Source: Eubacteriales bacterium (lineage in GTDB: Bacteria > Bacillota > Clostridia > Oscillospirales > CAG-272). Taken from it: a stretch of 64,000 nt of DNA. Location: NCBI GenBank assembly GCA_045543615.1, contig JAZPXL010000007.1:56465-120464 (forward strand). Direction: 5' to 3'. The notes beneath the pieces are model-generated. The model made no database searches, was not told the origin of the DNA, and saw only the letters and a program-made list of their open reading frames with translations. Below are positions 20,704 through 29,029 of the stretch, piece by piece; the first letter of the stretch is position 1; every line of letters starts with the position of its first letter. Both the position numbers and the translations under genes were made by a program.

Positions 20704-20732
20704 ATTATAGCACAAGTTTGCGTTAAAATCAA
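20704..20732 (-). promoter_or_regulatory. Promoter of tRNA-Leu: TTGATT-17-TGcTATAAT
   Basis: Minus-strand hexamers at 20727-20732 and 20704-20709 with an extended -10 TG. The predicted start lies a few nt before the tRNA 5' end. Confidence 0.7.
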
Positions 20733-20802
20733 TACCTAATTTGTTTTTTTATTGTTGAAAATATTTTTTGTACCAAAAGATAATTTTTTTGTAAAAAATA
20801 TG

Positions 20803-20831
20803 TGGACTTTTCCTTAATTTGGTGGTATAAT
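20803..20831 (+). promoter_or_regulatory. Candidate promoter tGGACT-17-TGgTATAAT for the second two-component operon
   Basis: Extended -10 at 20823-20831, about 137 nt upstream of the ATG at 20968. Confidence 0.4.
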
Positions 20832-20967
20832 TAGGTATTGTAATTTGGAGAAAAAGGCAAAAAATATCGAAACTGACAGTTTTATCAACTACCATTGAGG
20901 TCTTTTTGATTTTCTGTTGAAACGCTTGGTGTATAATATATTATACTACTTATTAGGGGAGGCTTAT

Positions 20968-21639
20968 ATGTTTCAGATTTTAGTTGTAGAAGATGATAAG
21001 GAATTACGCCAGCTTTTTGCCCACGTTCTCTCAAAAAATGGTTATTATGTCACAGGAGTTTCAAACGGAAGGGAAGCACTTGATACAATAGCTGAAAGCT
21101 ATTACGATCTGATAATTTCGGATATTATGATGCCCGTTATGGATGGATATGAGCTTGTTCGTTCGCTTCGTGACTCTGATATAAACACACCTGTTTTGAT
21201 GATAACTGCCAAGGATGCTTTTGACGATATGAGACTTGGATTTCTGTCCGGAACTGATGATTATATGGTCAAGCCTATAAATGTTAATGAAATGCTTTTG
21301 AGAGTCAGCGCACTTTTGCGACGTGCGCAGCTGATAAGCGAACGCAGACTCACCATAGGCGAGACGGTTATGGAATGCGATTCGCTGACGGTAAGCTGCA
21401 GAGGCGAACGCTTCGTTCTGCCACAAAAGGAGTTTATGCTACTTTATAAGATGGCATCATTCCCGGGCAAGCTGTTCACAAGGCAGCAGCTTATGGATGA
21501 TATATGGGGATACGATGTAAGCTCTGATACTCACACGGTTGATGTACATATAGGCAGATTGCGTGAAAGATTCAGAGATAGCGAGGACTTCAAGATTATC
21601 ACTATGAGAGGTCTTGGATATAAGGTAATAAAGCTGTGA
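20968..21639 (+). CDS. OmpR/PhoB-family response regulator
   Basis: MFQILVVEDDKEL start after AGGGGAGG. ISDIMMPVMDG, ITAKD, C-terminal HTVDVHIGRLRERF...GLGYKV. Confidence 0.9.
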   Translation: MFQILVVEDDKELRQLFAHVLSKNGYYVTGVSNGREALDTIAESYYDLIISDIMMPVMDGYELVRSLRDSDINTPVLMITAKDAFDDMRLGFLSGTDDYMVKPINVNEMLLRVSALLRRAQLISERRLTIGETVMECDSLTVSCRGERFVLPQKEFMLLYKMASFPGKLFTRQQLMDDIWGYDVSSDTHTVDVHIGRLRERFRDSEDFKIITMRGLGYKVIKL

Positions 21640-22658
21640 AAAACTTACTTAAGCGCAGAAGCCTGATTTTTTACGTCTCGCTCAGCTCACTTGGTGGTAT
21701 AGTATTTGCTATTGTTGTTTCTTCAATTATCGCAAGAATTTTCCATATTTCTCTCGATAAGCTACCGGGTACATTCCTAATGATATTCTGTGGCTCAATA
21801 GGTGGCTTTGCTGCAATTGTAATCAACAGATTGTTGCTCAAGCCAATCTCTGTCCTGTCAAAGAAAATGAGCGAGGTTTCCTCAGGTGATTTTGAGGTCA
21901 GGATTGACGAAAAAAAAGCTGTGGTAACTGAGATAGAAGAGATCTACACAAGCTTTAATCTTATGACAGCCGAGCTTGGAGTAACCGAAACTATACAGTC
22001 GGATTTTGTATCCAACGTCTCGCACGAGATCAAAACGCCACTCAGTGCTATTGAGGGTTACGCAATGCTTCTCCAGGACAGCTCTTGTACCGAAGAAGAA
22101 AAGGAACAGTATATAGAAAAGATACTGTTCAATACTCGCCGCCTTTCTGAGCTTGTCGGAAACATTCTCTTGCTCTCAAAAATTGAAAACAGATCAATAG
22201 AGCCGATGCCCTCTACCTTCAGGCTTGACGAACAGATCCGTCAATCGATTATGCTTTATGAGTCGAAATGGACGGAAAAGGGAATTGAACTTGAAGTCGA
22301 TTTGGAAGAAATTACGTATTCTTGCGACAAAGGCTTGCTCGTTCACGTATGGAATAACCTGATAAGCAATGCAGTAAAGTTCAATCCCGTTGGCGGAACG
22401 GTAAAGATCAGGCTTGAAAAGATGGACGAAAAGATTATTTTCGTCATTGAAGACGAAGGGCCGGGAATATCTCCCGATGCTCAAAAGCACATATTTGACA
22501 AATTCTATCAAGAGGATAGCTCGCATAAGCAGGACGGAAACGGACTTGGTCTTGCTCTTGTCAGAAGGATTCTTGATAATATGCGCGGAGATGTTAAAAC
22601 GGAGAATCTCACACCAAAGGGGTGCCGTTTTACAGTAACACTTCCGGCGCACAGATAG
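21636..22658 (+). CDS. Sensor histidine kinase (2 TM, HAMP-like, HisKA, HATPase_c)
   Basis: GTG start overlapping the regulator stop (GTGA). SHEIKTPLS H-box, NAVKFNP, EGPGISP, GNGLGLAL. Confidence 0.88.
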   Translation: MKNLLKRRSLIFYVSLSSLGGIVFAIVVSSIIARIFHISLDKLPGTFLMIFCGSIGGFAAIVINRLLLKPISVLSKKMSEVSSGDFEVRIDEKKAVVTEIEEIYTSFNLMTAELGVTETIQSDFVSNVSHEIKTPLSAIEGYAMLLQDSSCTEEEKEQYIEKILFNTRRLSELVGNILLLSKIENRSIEPMPSTFRLDEQIRQSIMLYESKWTEKGIELEVDLEEITYSCDKGLLVHVWNNLISNAVKFNPVGGTVKIRLEKMDEKIIFVIEDEGPGISPDAQKHIFDKFYQEDSSHKQDGNGLGLALVRRILDNMRGDVKTENLTPKGCRFTVTLPAHR

Positions 22659-22686
22659 TAAACCGTTAGCGAAAGGCAATTTTTAA

Positions 22687-23271
22687 ATGGCTAAGAATGA
22701 AAAAACAATGCTGAGCGATAGCACAAACAGAATTCTGACTCTACCAAATCTTCTCTCGCTCGTAAGGCTTATTATGATCCCCGTCATCGTTTGGATGTAT
22801 TGCGCACTCGAGGAGTACCTTTGGACAGGCATCCTCGTTATCATCTCAGGAATAACCGATGTTGTTGACGGATTTATAGCAAGACGCTTCGGGCTTGTAA
22901 GTGACGTCGGCAAGGCACTTGACCCGATAGCAGACAAGATGACACAGGGAGCTGTTCTTCTGTGCCTCGTCACAAGATTTAATCTGATGCTTGTGCCACT
23001 TGTTATTCTGCTTATAAAGGAAGTTATAACGGGTGCTCTCAGACTCTTTATTGCGAAGAAAACACACGCCGTACACGGCGCGAATTGGCACGGCAAGGTC
23101 ACCACGGTACTGCTTTATGCCGTAATAGTTTTGCATATATTCTGGGCAAATATGCCGCTTGAAATATCGTCACTCACAATTATTATTTCAACTGCTATGA
23201 TGTTGTTTTCTTTCGTTATGTATAGTATACAGAACTTTAGGCTGATAAAGGAAAGCAAAAGCAATACATAA
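22687..23271 (+). CDS. CDP-alcohol phosphatidyltransferase (PgsA-like)
   Basis: Signature DVVDGFIARRFGLVSDVGKALDPIADK (D-x2-DG-x2-AR...G-x3-D-x3-D). Multi-TM, 194 aa. Confidence 0.8.
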   Translation: MAKNEKTMLSDSTNRILTLPNLLSLVRLIMIPVIVWMYCALEEYLWTGILVIISGITDVVDGFIARRFGLVSDVGKALDPIADKMTQGAVLLCLVTRFNLMLVPLVILLIKEVITGALRLFIAKKTHAVHGANWHGKVTTVLLYAVIVLHIFWANMPLEISSLTIIISTAMMLFSFVMYSIQNFRLIKESKSNT

Positions 23272-23327
23272 AAGTGAAAAATTCACGAAATATATCTAAA
23301 AAAGTGAAATAAACTTCAAAAAAGGTA

Positions 23328-23356
23328 TTGCATTTTTTTTACATCTGTGATATAAT
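23328..23356 (+). promoter_or_regulatory. rplS promoter TTGCAT-17-TGaTATAAT
   Basis: Hexamers at 23328-23333 and 23351-23356 with an extended -10 TG, leaving a leader of about 80 nt before the RBS. Confidence 0.65.
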
Positions 23357-23443
23357 AGTCAAGTGCACTGTGCACGGGAACGGTCCTCTGCGAGCTTCGG
23401 TATGAACGTTCTTACTATTACTTCTACAAAGGAGGATAAGGTA

Positions 23444-23785
23444 ATGGATTACATTGCAGCTATTACCAAGGAGCATCTTAAGTCTGAACTTCCCGTAGTT
23501 AATGTTGGTGACACCGTTCGTGTTCACAATCGCATTAAAGAGGGAGCACGTGAGAGAATCCAGCTTTTCGAAGGCGTTGTCATCGCAAAGCACGGCGGCG
23601 GAATCTCCGAGACCTTTACTGTAAGACGTGTTTCTTACGGTGTTGGTGTTGAGAAGACATTCCCCATCCACTCTCCCAACGTGGTTAAGGTTGACATCAC
23701 TCGTTATGGTGTTGTAAGACGTGCAAAGCTCTACTATCTGCGTGACAGAGTTGGCAAGGCTTCCAAGGTTAAAGAGAAGATCTAA
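23444..23785 (+). CDS. rplS: 50S ribosomal protein L19
   Basis: [28 protein letters not shown]... 113 aa after an AAGGAGG RBS. The longer ORF call starts within the promoter/leader. Confidence 0.95.
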   Translation: MDYIAAITKEHLKSELPVVNVGDTVRVHNRIKEGARERIQLFEGVVIAKHGGGISETFTVRRVSYGVGVEKTFPIHSPNVVKVDITRYGVVRRAKLYYLRDRVGKASKVKEKI

Positions 23786-23804
23786 GCTCAGTCCCAGTAA
23801 CAAT

Positions 23805-23841
23805 AAAGGGTGTGCCATCGGCACACCCTTTATTGTTTTTT
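23805..23841 (+). terminator. Rho-independent terminator of rplS
   Basis: aaagggtgtgcc-atc-ggcacacccttt followed by attgtttttt. Confidence 0.85.
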
Positions 23842-23877
23842 GTCAGAATTACCAATTTATGCACACGCCCATTTTCT

Positions 23878-23908
23878 GAATAACTAAAACCTCTGAGAGC
23901 GATAATTA
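23878..23908 (+). promoter_or_regulatory. Candidate forespore (sigma-F/G type) promoter: GAATA-18-GATAATTA
   Basis: Loose match to -35 GnATA and -10 cAtAaTA with 18-nt spacing, 26 nt upstream of the sigG ATG. By eye only. Confidence 0.3.
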
Positions 23909-23933
23909 TTTTATACCACTCCCGGAGGTAAGG

Positions 23934-24713
23934 ATGTATTACGGAAAAGTAGAGATAAGTGGCATTGACACCTCAAAGCTTAAGGTTTTGAGTGATGAGG
24001 AAAAGCAAGTGCTGCTGTTGAAATCTAAGGCTGGCGATAGCGAGGCGAGGGATGAGCTTATATGTGGCAACCTAAGGCTTGTTTTAAGCATCATACAGCG
24101 ATTTGCAGGACGCAAGGAGTCAATGGACGACTTGTTTCAAGTAGGCTGTATCGGGCTTATAAAGGCTGTTGACAACTTCAATACTGACCTCAATGTTAAG
24201 TTCTCGACCTACGCCGTTCCTATGATAATTGGCGAAATAAGAAGATATCTGAGAGATAACAACGCAATCAGAATAAGTCGCTCGGTTCGTGACCTGGCGT
24301 ATAGAGCACTAAGCGCAAGGGAAGAGCTGTCGGCCGAGAAAAACACAGACCCGACACCCGACGAAATCGCAGCACGCATAGGCGAGGACAGGGAGGCTGT
24401 TGTGAGAGCGATGGAAGCGATAGTTGAGCCAATCTCGCTATATGAGCCTGTGTTTACTGAAAACGGCGATTCGCTTTATGTTATTGATCAGCTTGCAGAT
24501 GGTAGTGACGGAGACGAAGCTTGGCTTGAAAATATTGCGCTCGCCGAAGCACTTGATAGCCTCGGCGAGCGTGAGAAAAAGATTATTGATATGAGGTTTT
24601 ATAAGAATAAGACTCAAATGGAAATTGCTGATGAGATAGGAATATCTCAAGCTCAGGTTTCAAGACTTGAAAAAGGCGCACTTGAAAGAATGAGAAAGCA
24701 GATCAAGCAATAA
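23934..24713 (+). CDS. sigG: Sporulation sigma factor SigG
   Basis: KVEISGIDTSKLKVL...GNLRLVLSIIQRF...DDLFQVGCIGLIKAVDNF...KFSTYAVPMIIGEIRRYLRDNNAIRISRS closely matches B. subtilis SigG as I recall it, and is more SigG-like than SigF-like. Confidence 0.85.
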   Translation: MYYGKVEISGIDTSKLKVLSDEEKQVLLLKSKAGDSEARDELICGNLRLVLSIIQRFAGRKESMDDLFQVGCIGLIKAVDNFNTDLNVKFSTYAVPMIIGEIRRYLRDNNAIRISRSVRDLAYRALSAREELSAEKNTDPTPDEIAARIGEDREAVVRAMEAIVEPISLYEPVFTENGDSLYVIDQLADGSDGDEAWLENIALAEALDSLGEREKKIIDMRFYKNKTQMEIADEIGISQAQVSRLEKGALERMRKQIKQ

Positions 24714-25325
24714 TCAAATTTGCTTTAGATTAGAGTTTGTAAGTGGAGAGCTATCAAAAACAATCACACGGTCAGCAAATTTCGATGCAAGAGCAATGTC
24801 GTGTATGATACACAAGACGGTCTTGCCGACGGTTTGCTCACGAATGACTTCTGCGACATTGAGCGCAGTTTCGTGATCAAGATTAGCAAATGGCTCGTCG
24901 AAGAGATATATGTCGGAGTCCGGCGCAAGTGCTCTTGCAATGCCTGTTCGTGCTCGCATACCACCTGACATTTCGTCAGGGTATAGAGTCGGATCAGTGA
25001 TTCCGAGCATATTCAGAAGAAGAGCGCAAAGTGGAAGCGTCTCCTTTTTATCACCTAAAACAAGGTTGACGTTCTCTTGAGCCGTTCTTCCCTCAAGAAG
25101 ACAGGGCTCTTGAAATGTAATTGAAAATCGAGGCTTGGGTACTGAAAATGAAATCGTACCCGAGCTTTTTTTCTCAATACCGGCTATAAGACGAAACAGA
25201 GTGCTCTTGCCACAGCCCGAAGGCCCACATATTGCAACGGTTTCGCCTTTTTTGAATGAAAGGGAAAGATTTGAAATTACTGCCTTGCCATCGTAACTTA
25301 TAGATAGGTCTTTTATTGTAATCAT
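24714..25325 (-). CDS. ABC transporter ATP-binding protein (NitT/TauT-type)
   Basis: Walker A GPSGCGKST, signature MSGGMRAR, Walker B IYLFDEPF. Overlaps the permease gene by 4 nt. Confidence 0.88.
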   Translation of the reverse strand: MITIKDLSISYDGKAVISNLSLSFKKGETVAICGPSGCGKSTLFRLIAGIEKKSSGTISFSVPKPRFSITFQEPCLLEGRTAQENVNLVLGDKKETLPLCALLLNMLGITDPTLYPDEMSGGMRARTGIARALAPDSDIYLFDEPFANLDHETALNVAEVIREQTVGKTVLCIIHDIALASKFADRVIVFDSSPLTNSNLKQI

Positions 25326-26095
25326 AACGTCGCCCCCTTACTTTTCTTTTTTGAAAGCAGACCCAAGAGCTTAACTATTGCAATCTCAATAATAAGGCTG
25401 AGAACAATTATTACAGCCGTCCAGGCAAACAGATCGACCGTCTCAAGATAGTTCTTTGATTCGGCGAGAAGCTTGCCGATAGAATCAGGTGAGAACGCAA
25501 GTACCTCAGCCGCTATACCCGCCTTCCAAGCAAGACCTATTGAGGTCTGTGTTGCCGACAGGAAATACGGAAGCGTGGAGGGAAAATAGATGCGTTTGAT
25601 CTTAAGATTAGTTGGAACGGCAAATACCTTTGCCATAGTAAGCTGCTCCTTTGAAGTGTGGTTTATACCCTCACGAACATTTGTGAAAACAACGGGAAAA
25701 ACCATAAGCAAGGAGATGAATGACGGAAGAATGTCACGACCTATCCACACAAGCGCAAGAATTATAAATGAAGCGACGGGTGTGGACTTTATAACGGTGA
25801 TAGCCGGGCTTAATAGCTTATCAAGTGGCTTTATGATCGAGCAGAGAACTGCCATAATAACTGCAAGAGGAATTGCGACAACAATTGCGCCAAACACACG
25901 AAGCAGAGAGAGTGCTGTAATTTTATAAAACTCAGCCGTCCCTGCAAGCTCCCACAGTCTTTTTGCTACAACTACGGGAGAGGGGAGCAAAAGCTCCTGT
26001 CCCGTAATCATAGCTGCTATAAACCACAAAGCAAGCCAAAACAGCGCAACACCGAGAATTTCAAGTGCTTTGAATAGAATCTTTTTCTTTTTCAT
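25322..26095 (-). CDS. ABC transporter permease (BPD_transp_1, NitT/TauT-type)
   Basis: Six hydrophobic segments and an EAA-like loop (AKVFAVPTNLKIKRIYFPSTLPY). Confidence 0.85.
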   Translation of the reverse strand: MKKKKILFKALEILGVALFWLALWFIAAMITGQELLLPSPVVVAKRLWELAGTAEFYKITALSLLRVFGAIVVAIPLAVIMAVLCSIIKPLDKLLSPAITVIKSTPVASFIILALVWIGRDILPSFISLLMVFPVVFTNVREGINHTSKEQLTMAKVFAVPTNLKIKRIYFPSTLPYFLSATQTSIGLAWKAGIAAEVLAFSPDSIGKLLAESKNYLETVDLFAWTAVIIVLSLIIEIAIVKLLGLLSKKKSKGATL

Positions 26096-26153
26096 ATACG
26101 CCTTTTCTTACTTTTTAAACTTTGGTGTCAATAAACAGGTAGTGTTTTGATAA

Positions 26154-27203
26154 TCAATAAAAAATTGCGTTGTCGGGAAGCTTTCCGCCTACCGAGGAGG
26201 GAACTTGTGCATAAAGTGCACCCCAGAACTTGTTAAGCGCGCTGTTCATAGCTTCACCCGTGAGATAAGTGATGTTACATCTCGGAAGAGCGTTGGTTAC
26301 AAGCGTTTCATTTGCAACGATACCTGCAGAAACGATGAACTTTGCAGCTTCCTTGGCGTCTGCATTTACTGTATCGACTGATGCCTTGTATTCCTTGAGG
26401 AAATTCTCGACAGCTATGGGATGAGCATCAACAAATTCTTTTCTTGCAATTATGCAGCCCTGAACAAGTTCAGTGCCCGTGAGTGTCTTCCACTCCTTTG
26501 TGAAGTCAATAGCTACACGGAGCGAGGCGTTCTTTGTAACTGCAGCTGTAACCTTGGGCTCAGGAATAACTCCAAGGGATGCCTTGCCGGATGCAAGAGC
26601 TGTTGTCAGCTCGTCGGGGCTTCCGTAGGTGTAGTCAAGAGTTACTTTGTCTGCGATGCCGGCAAGCTCAAGAAGAGCCTTGAGAACATATTCAGGGTTC
26701 GATCCCTGACCGGGAAGATATACTGTCTTGCCTTCAAGATCATTGATGGAGTTTACGGTTGATCCGTTCTCGACAAGATAAAGCACGCCGAGTGTGTTTA
26801 CAGCAAGAACTTTAATTCCGCCCTGAGTCTTGTTGTAGAGAACTGCTGCGAGGTTTGTGGGAACTGCTGCTATATCGACGCTCTTGCTGATAACCAAGGG
26901 AGCAACGAGTGTTGCATCAGAATAGAAATCAATCTTTGCATTAAGATCAGTCTTGTTGTCTCTTATGTTGCAGAAAAGAGGAGCGATGCCAAAGCCTGTT
27001 GTTCCGTTGAGAACCGCGACCTTGATCTCTGTGTCGTCCGTTGGAGGAGTCGTTGTATCGTCACCGTCAGGAGTGCTGTCGGAGGTTGGATTGTTGGGAG
27101 CAGTTGTGTCATCTCCGTTTTCGTTGGGATTGCAGGAAGCAAACGAGAGGAGAAGCGTGAGTGCAAGTGTGAGTGCGATGAGAGTTGCGAATAGTTTTTT
27201 CAT
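26154..27203 (-). CDS. ABC substrate-binding lipoprotein (NMT1/THI5-like)
   Basis: MKKLFATLIALTLALTLLLSFASC signal peptide with lipobox, T/D/P-rich linker, periplasmic-binding fold. Start at the second Met, which has an RBS. Confidence 0.8.
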   Translation of the reverse strand: MKKLFATLIALTLALTLLLSFASCNPNENGDDTTAPNNPTSDSTPDGDDTTTPPTDDTEIKVAVLNGTTGFGIAPLFCNIRDNKTDLNAKIDFYSDATLVAPLVISKSVDIAAVPTNLAAVLYNKTQGGIKVLAVNTLGVLYLVENGSTVNSINDLEGKTVYLPGQGSNPEYVLKALLELAGIADKVTLDYTYGSPDELTTALASGKASLGVIPEPKVTAAVTKNASLRVAIDFTKEWKTLTGTELVQGCIIARKEFVDAHPIAVENFLKEYKASVDTVNADAKEAAKFIVSAGIVANETLVTNALPRCNITYLTGEAMNSALNKFWGALYAQVPSSVGGKLPDNAIFY

Positions 27204-27238
27204 AGTTTTTTGTCCTTTCGATTTTTTATGAGAATGCG

Positions 27239-27919
27239 TTAGCATAGTTCTTCAAGCTTTTGTTTGTCAATTATACGGACGGTATCGTTTTCTCTTACAA
27301 TAGCACCTGAAAGAGAGAGTGCATCAAACGCACGATAGAGCGATGCTCGTCCGATGTCGAGTGCCTCGGCAAGCGCAGTCATCGACATACCGATGGTGAT
27401 AGTTCCGCTTTCATAGAGGGGCGAAGACTTGATAAACAGTGCAAGTCTTCTGTCGGCAGAGCCACCTGTCACACAATCTATCCTTGAATTAAGAAACGCC
27501 ACCTTGCTTGAGAGAAAGCGAATGAGATTGTTTCGGGCACATCCATCACTCTCCGAGTCAAGCAGAGACACAAAGGCTTGTCTATCAAAGAAGAAAAGCT
27601 CTGAATGTCGGTCACCACAGGAAAAGATTCTTGTGTGAGGTGGAGCATCAGCGAAAAGTCCTGCAACACCGACGGCCTCTCCGGGCGAGACAAAACGCAA
27701 AAGAGCCTTTCTGTCTTTGTCGGAGGAGTAAATTACACACCTGCCTGAAAGCAGAACGCCTACCGTTGCGTTTCCACTATCGTCAGTGAGTGAAAATTCC
27801 TCACCGGGCATATATTTGCGAATATAACCATTTGCAATGATGTGCTTTTTTATTAAAGCAGGATCACATCCACAAAATAATTTTATTGCAGAAATGAGAT
27901 TTATTTGATTTTGTTCCAT
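27239..27919 (-). CDS. Crp/Fnr-family transcriptional regulator
   Basis: cNMP-binding-like N-terminal domain plus a C-terminal HTH (MSMTALAEALDIGRASLYRAFDAL). Start at Met4, 8 nt after AAAGGA. Confidence 0.8.
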   Translation of the reverse strand: MEQNQINLISAIKLFCGCDPALIKKHIIANGYIRKYMPGEEFSLTDDSGNATVGVLLSGRCVIYSSDKDRKALLRFVSPGEAVGVAGLFADAPPHTRIFSCGDRHSELFFFDRQAFVSLLDSESDGCARNNLIRFLSSKVAFLNSRIDCVTGGSADRRLALFIKSSPLYESGTITIGMSMTALAEALDIGRASLYRAFDALSLSGAIVRENDTVRIIDKQKLEELC

Positions 27920-28022
27920 AAAAGTCATCCTTTACAATTAGAGTGTATCAAATGAGACATCTGATACAATCATATTATAACATACGGACAAGCAAAAATC
28001 AATAGTATATTTGTAATATAAA

Positions 28023-28050
28023 TGTCAATTAGAACACAATTCTATTGACA
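28023..28050. promoter_or_regulatory. Imperfect palindrome TGTCAATTAGAA-N5-TTCTATTGACA overlapping the -35 (candidate operator)
   Basis: Perfect sub-repeats TGTCAAT/ATTGACA and TAGAA/TTCTA. Located between the divergent Crp-family gene and the sugar operon. Confidence 0.35.
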
Positions 28051-28073
28051 AATTTGACAAAGTGGTATATAAT
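28045..28073 (+). promoter_or_regulatory. Consensus sigma-A promoter TTGACA-17-TATAAT
   Basis: Exact consensus hexamers at 28045-28050 and 28068-28073. A second TTGACA lies at 28054-28059. Confidence 0.75.
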
Positions 28074-28114
28074 AAGTAGAGATATAAATTAAAATGCGAA
28101 AGTAGGGGCAAAAT

Positions 28115-29026
28115 TTGACACTTCTTATACTTGCGGCAGGAATGGGCTCCCGATTTGGTGGAATGAAGCAAATTACACCTGTTGGACCCGGTGGAGAATT
28201 TATTATAGATTACTCGTGCTTTGATGCAATAAGAGCAGGATTTGACAAAATTGTTTTTGTCATAAAGAAAGAAAACTACGAAATATTCAGAGAAAGCGTT
28301 GGCAGAAGAGTAGAAAAATTCGCAACTGTTGAATATGCTTTCCAAGAGCTTGATGCACTGCCTGAGGGCTTCTCTGTGCCCGATGGAAGAGTTAAGCCTT
28401 GGGGAACGGCTCACGCTATGCTTGCGGCAAAGGATATTATAACAGATCCGTTTGCTACTATTAATGCAGATGATTTTTACGGTAAGGAGACTTATAGAAT
28501 TATCTTTGACTTTCTCAAGAACAGTAAGAAGGTAGATGATAAGTATTCTTTCGCTATGGCAGGCTATCGTCTGGCTAATACACTTACAGAGAATGGAACA
28601 GTTTCAAGAGGTATTTGTAAGGTAGACTCTGACGGCAAGCTCGTTGATATAACTGAGAGAACAAAGATACGTGCGTCAGCAAATGATGCAGAATATGAGA
28701 CGGACTATGGAGAATGGACTTTTGTATCAGGAGATAGCGTTGCATCAATGAACTTCTTTGCGTTTACACCTGAAATTTTCGATTTCGCAGAAAAGCATTT
28801 TGCAGAATTTCTTCTAAATATGAAAGATCCGGCTAAATCCGAGTTCTATCTCCCGACTGTTGCAAGTCTCGCTATGAGTGAGGGCTTTGCTACCGTAAGC
28901 GTCTGCCCGACACCTGAAAGATGGCACGGCGTTACATATGCTGCCGACAGACAGGGTCTTGAGGCAGAAATTCGCAATATGATTGCACGTGGAGAGTATT
29001 CAGAAAATTTATGGAGGACTACATAA
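28115..29026 (+). CDS. Sugar-1-phosphate nucleotidyltransferase (NTP_transferase fold)
   Basis: N-terminal LILAAGMGSRFGG signature of sugar nucleotidyltransferases. TTG start 6 nt after AGGGG. Confidence 0.7.
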   Translation: MTLLILAAGMGSRFGGMKQITPVGPGGEFIIDYSCFDAIRAGFDKIVFVIKKENYEIFRESVGRRVEKFATVEYAFQELDALPEGFSVPDGRVKPWGTAHAMLAAKDIITDPFATINADDFYGKETYRIIFDFLKNSKKVDDKYSFAMAGYRLANTLTENGTVSRGICKVDSDGKLVDITERTKIRASANDAEYETDYGEWTFVSGDSVASMNFFAFTPEIFDFAEKHFAEFLLNMKDPAKSEFYLPTVASLAMSEGFATVSVCPTPERWHGVTYAADRQGLEAEIRNMIARGEYSENLWRTT

Positions 29027-29029
29027 TTT

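Noticed and set aside
20485-20715. N-terminal 77 codons of the 226-aa ORF call (20035-20715, minus strand).
   Set aside because: This part runs through the tRNA-Leu gene and both of its terminators. The peptide MELVDVVDSKSTASDGVPVRLRLPAP is a typical tRNA translation artefact. A TTG start with GGAGG at 20484 explains the real gene.
20917-20967. TTGAAA ... TATAAT pair just upstream of the second response regulator as a promoter.
   Set aside because: The spacer between the two hexamers is only 9 nt, so they cannot act together. The ORF-track TTG start at 20917 is also rejected in favour of the ATG at 20968, which has an AGGGGAGG RBS.
23357-23443. Possible L19 autoregulatory leader RNA upstream of rplS (contains GTGCAC-T-GTGCAC and an ~80-nt 5' UTR).
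   Set aside because: I cannot verify the Rfam L19-leader consensus structure by eye, so only the promoter is reported. An Infernal scan would decide this.
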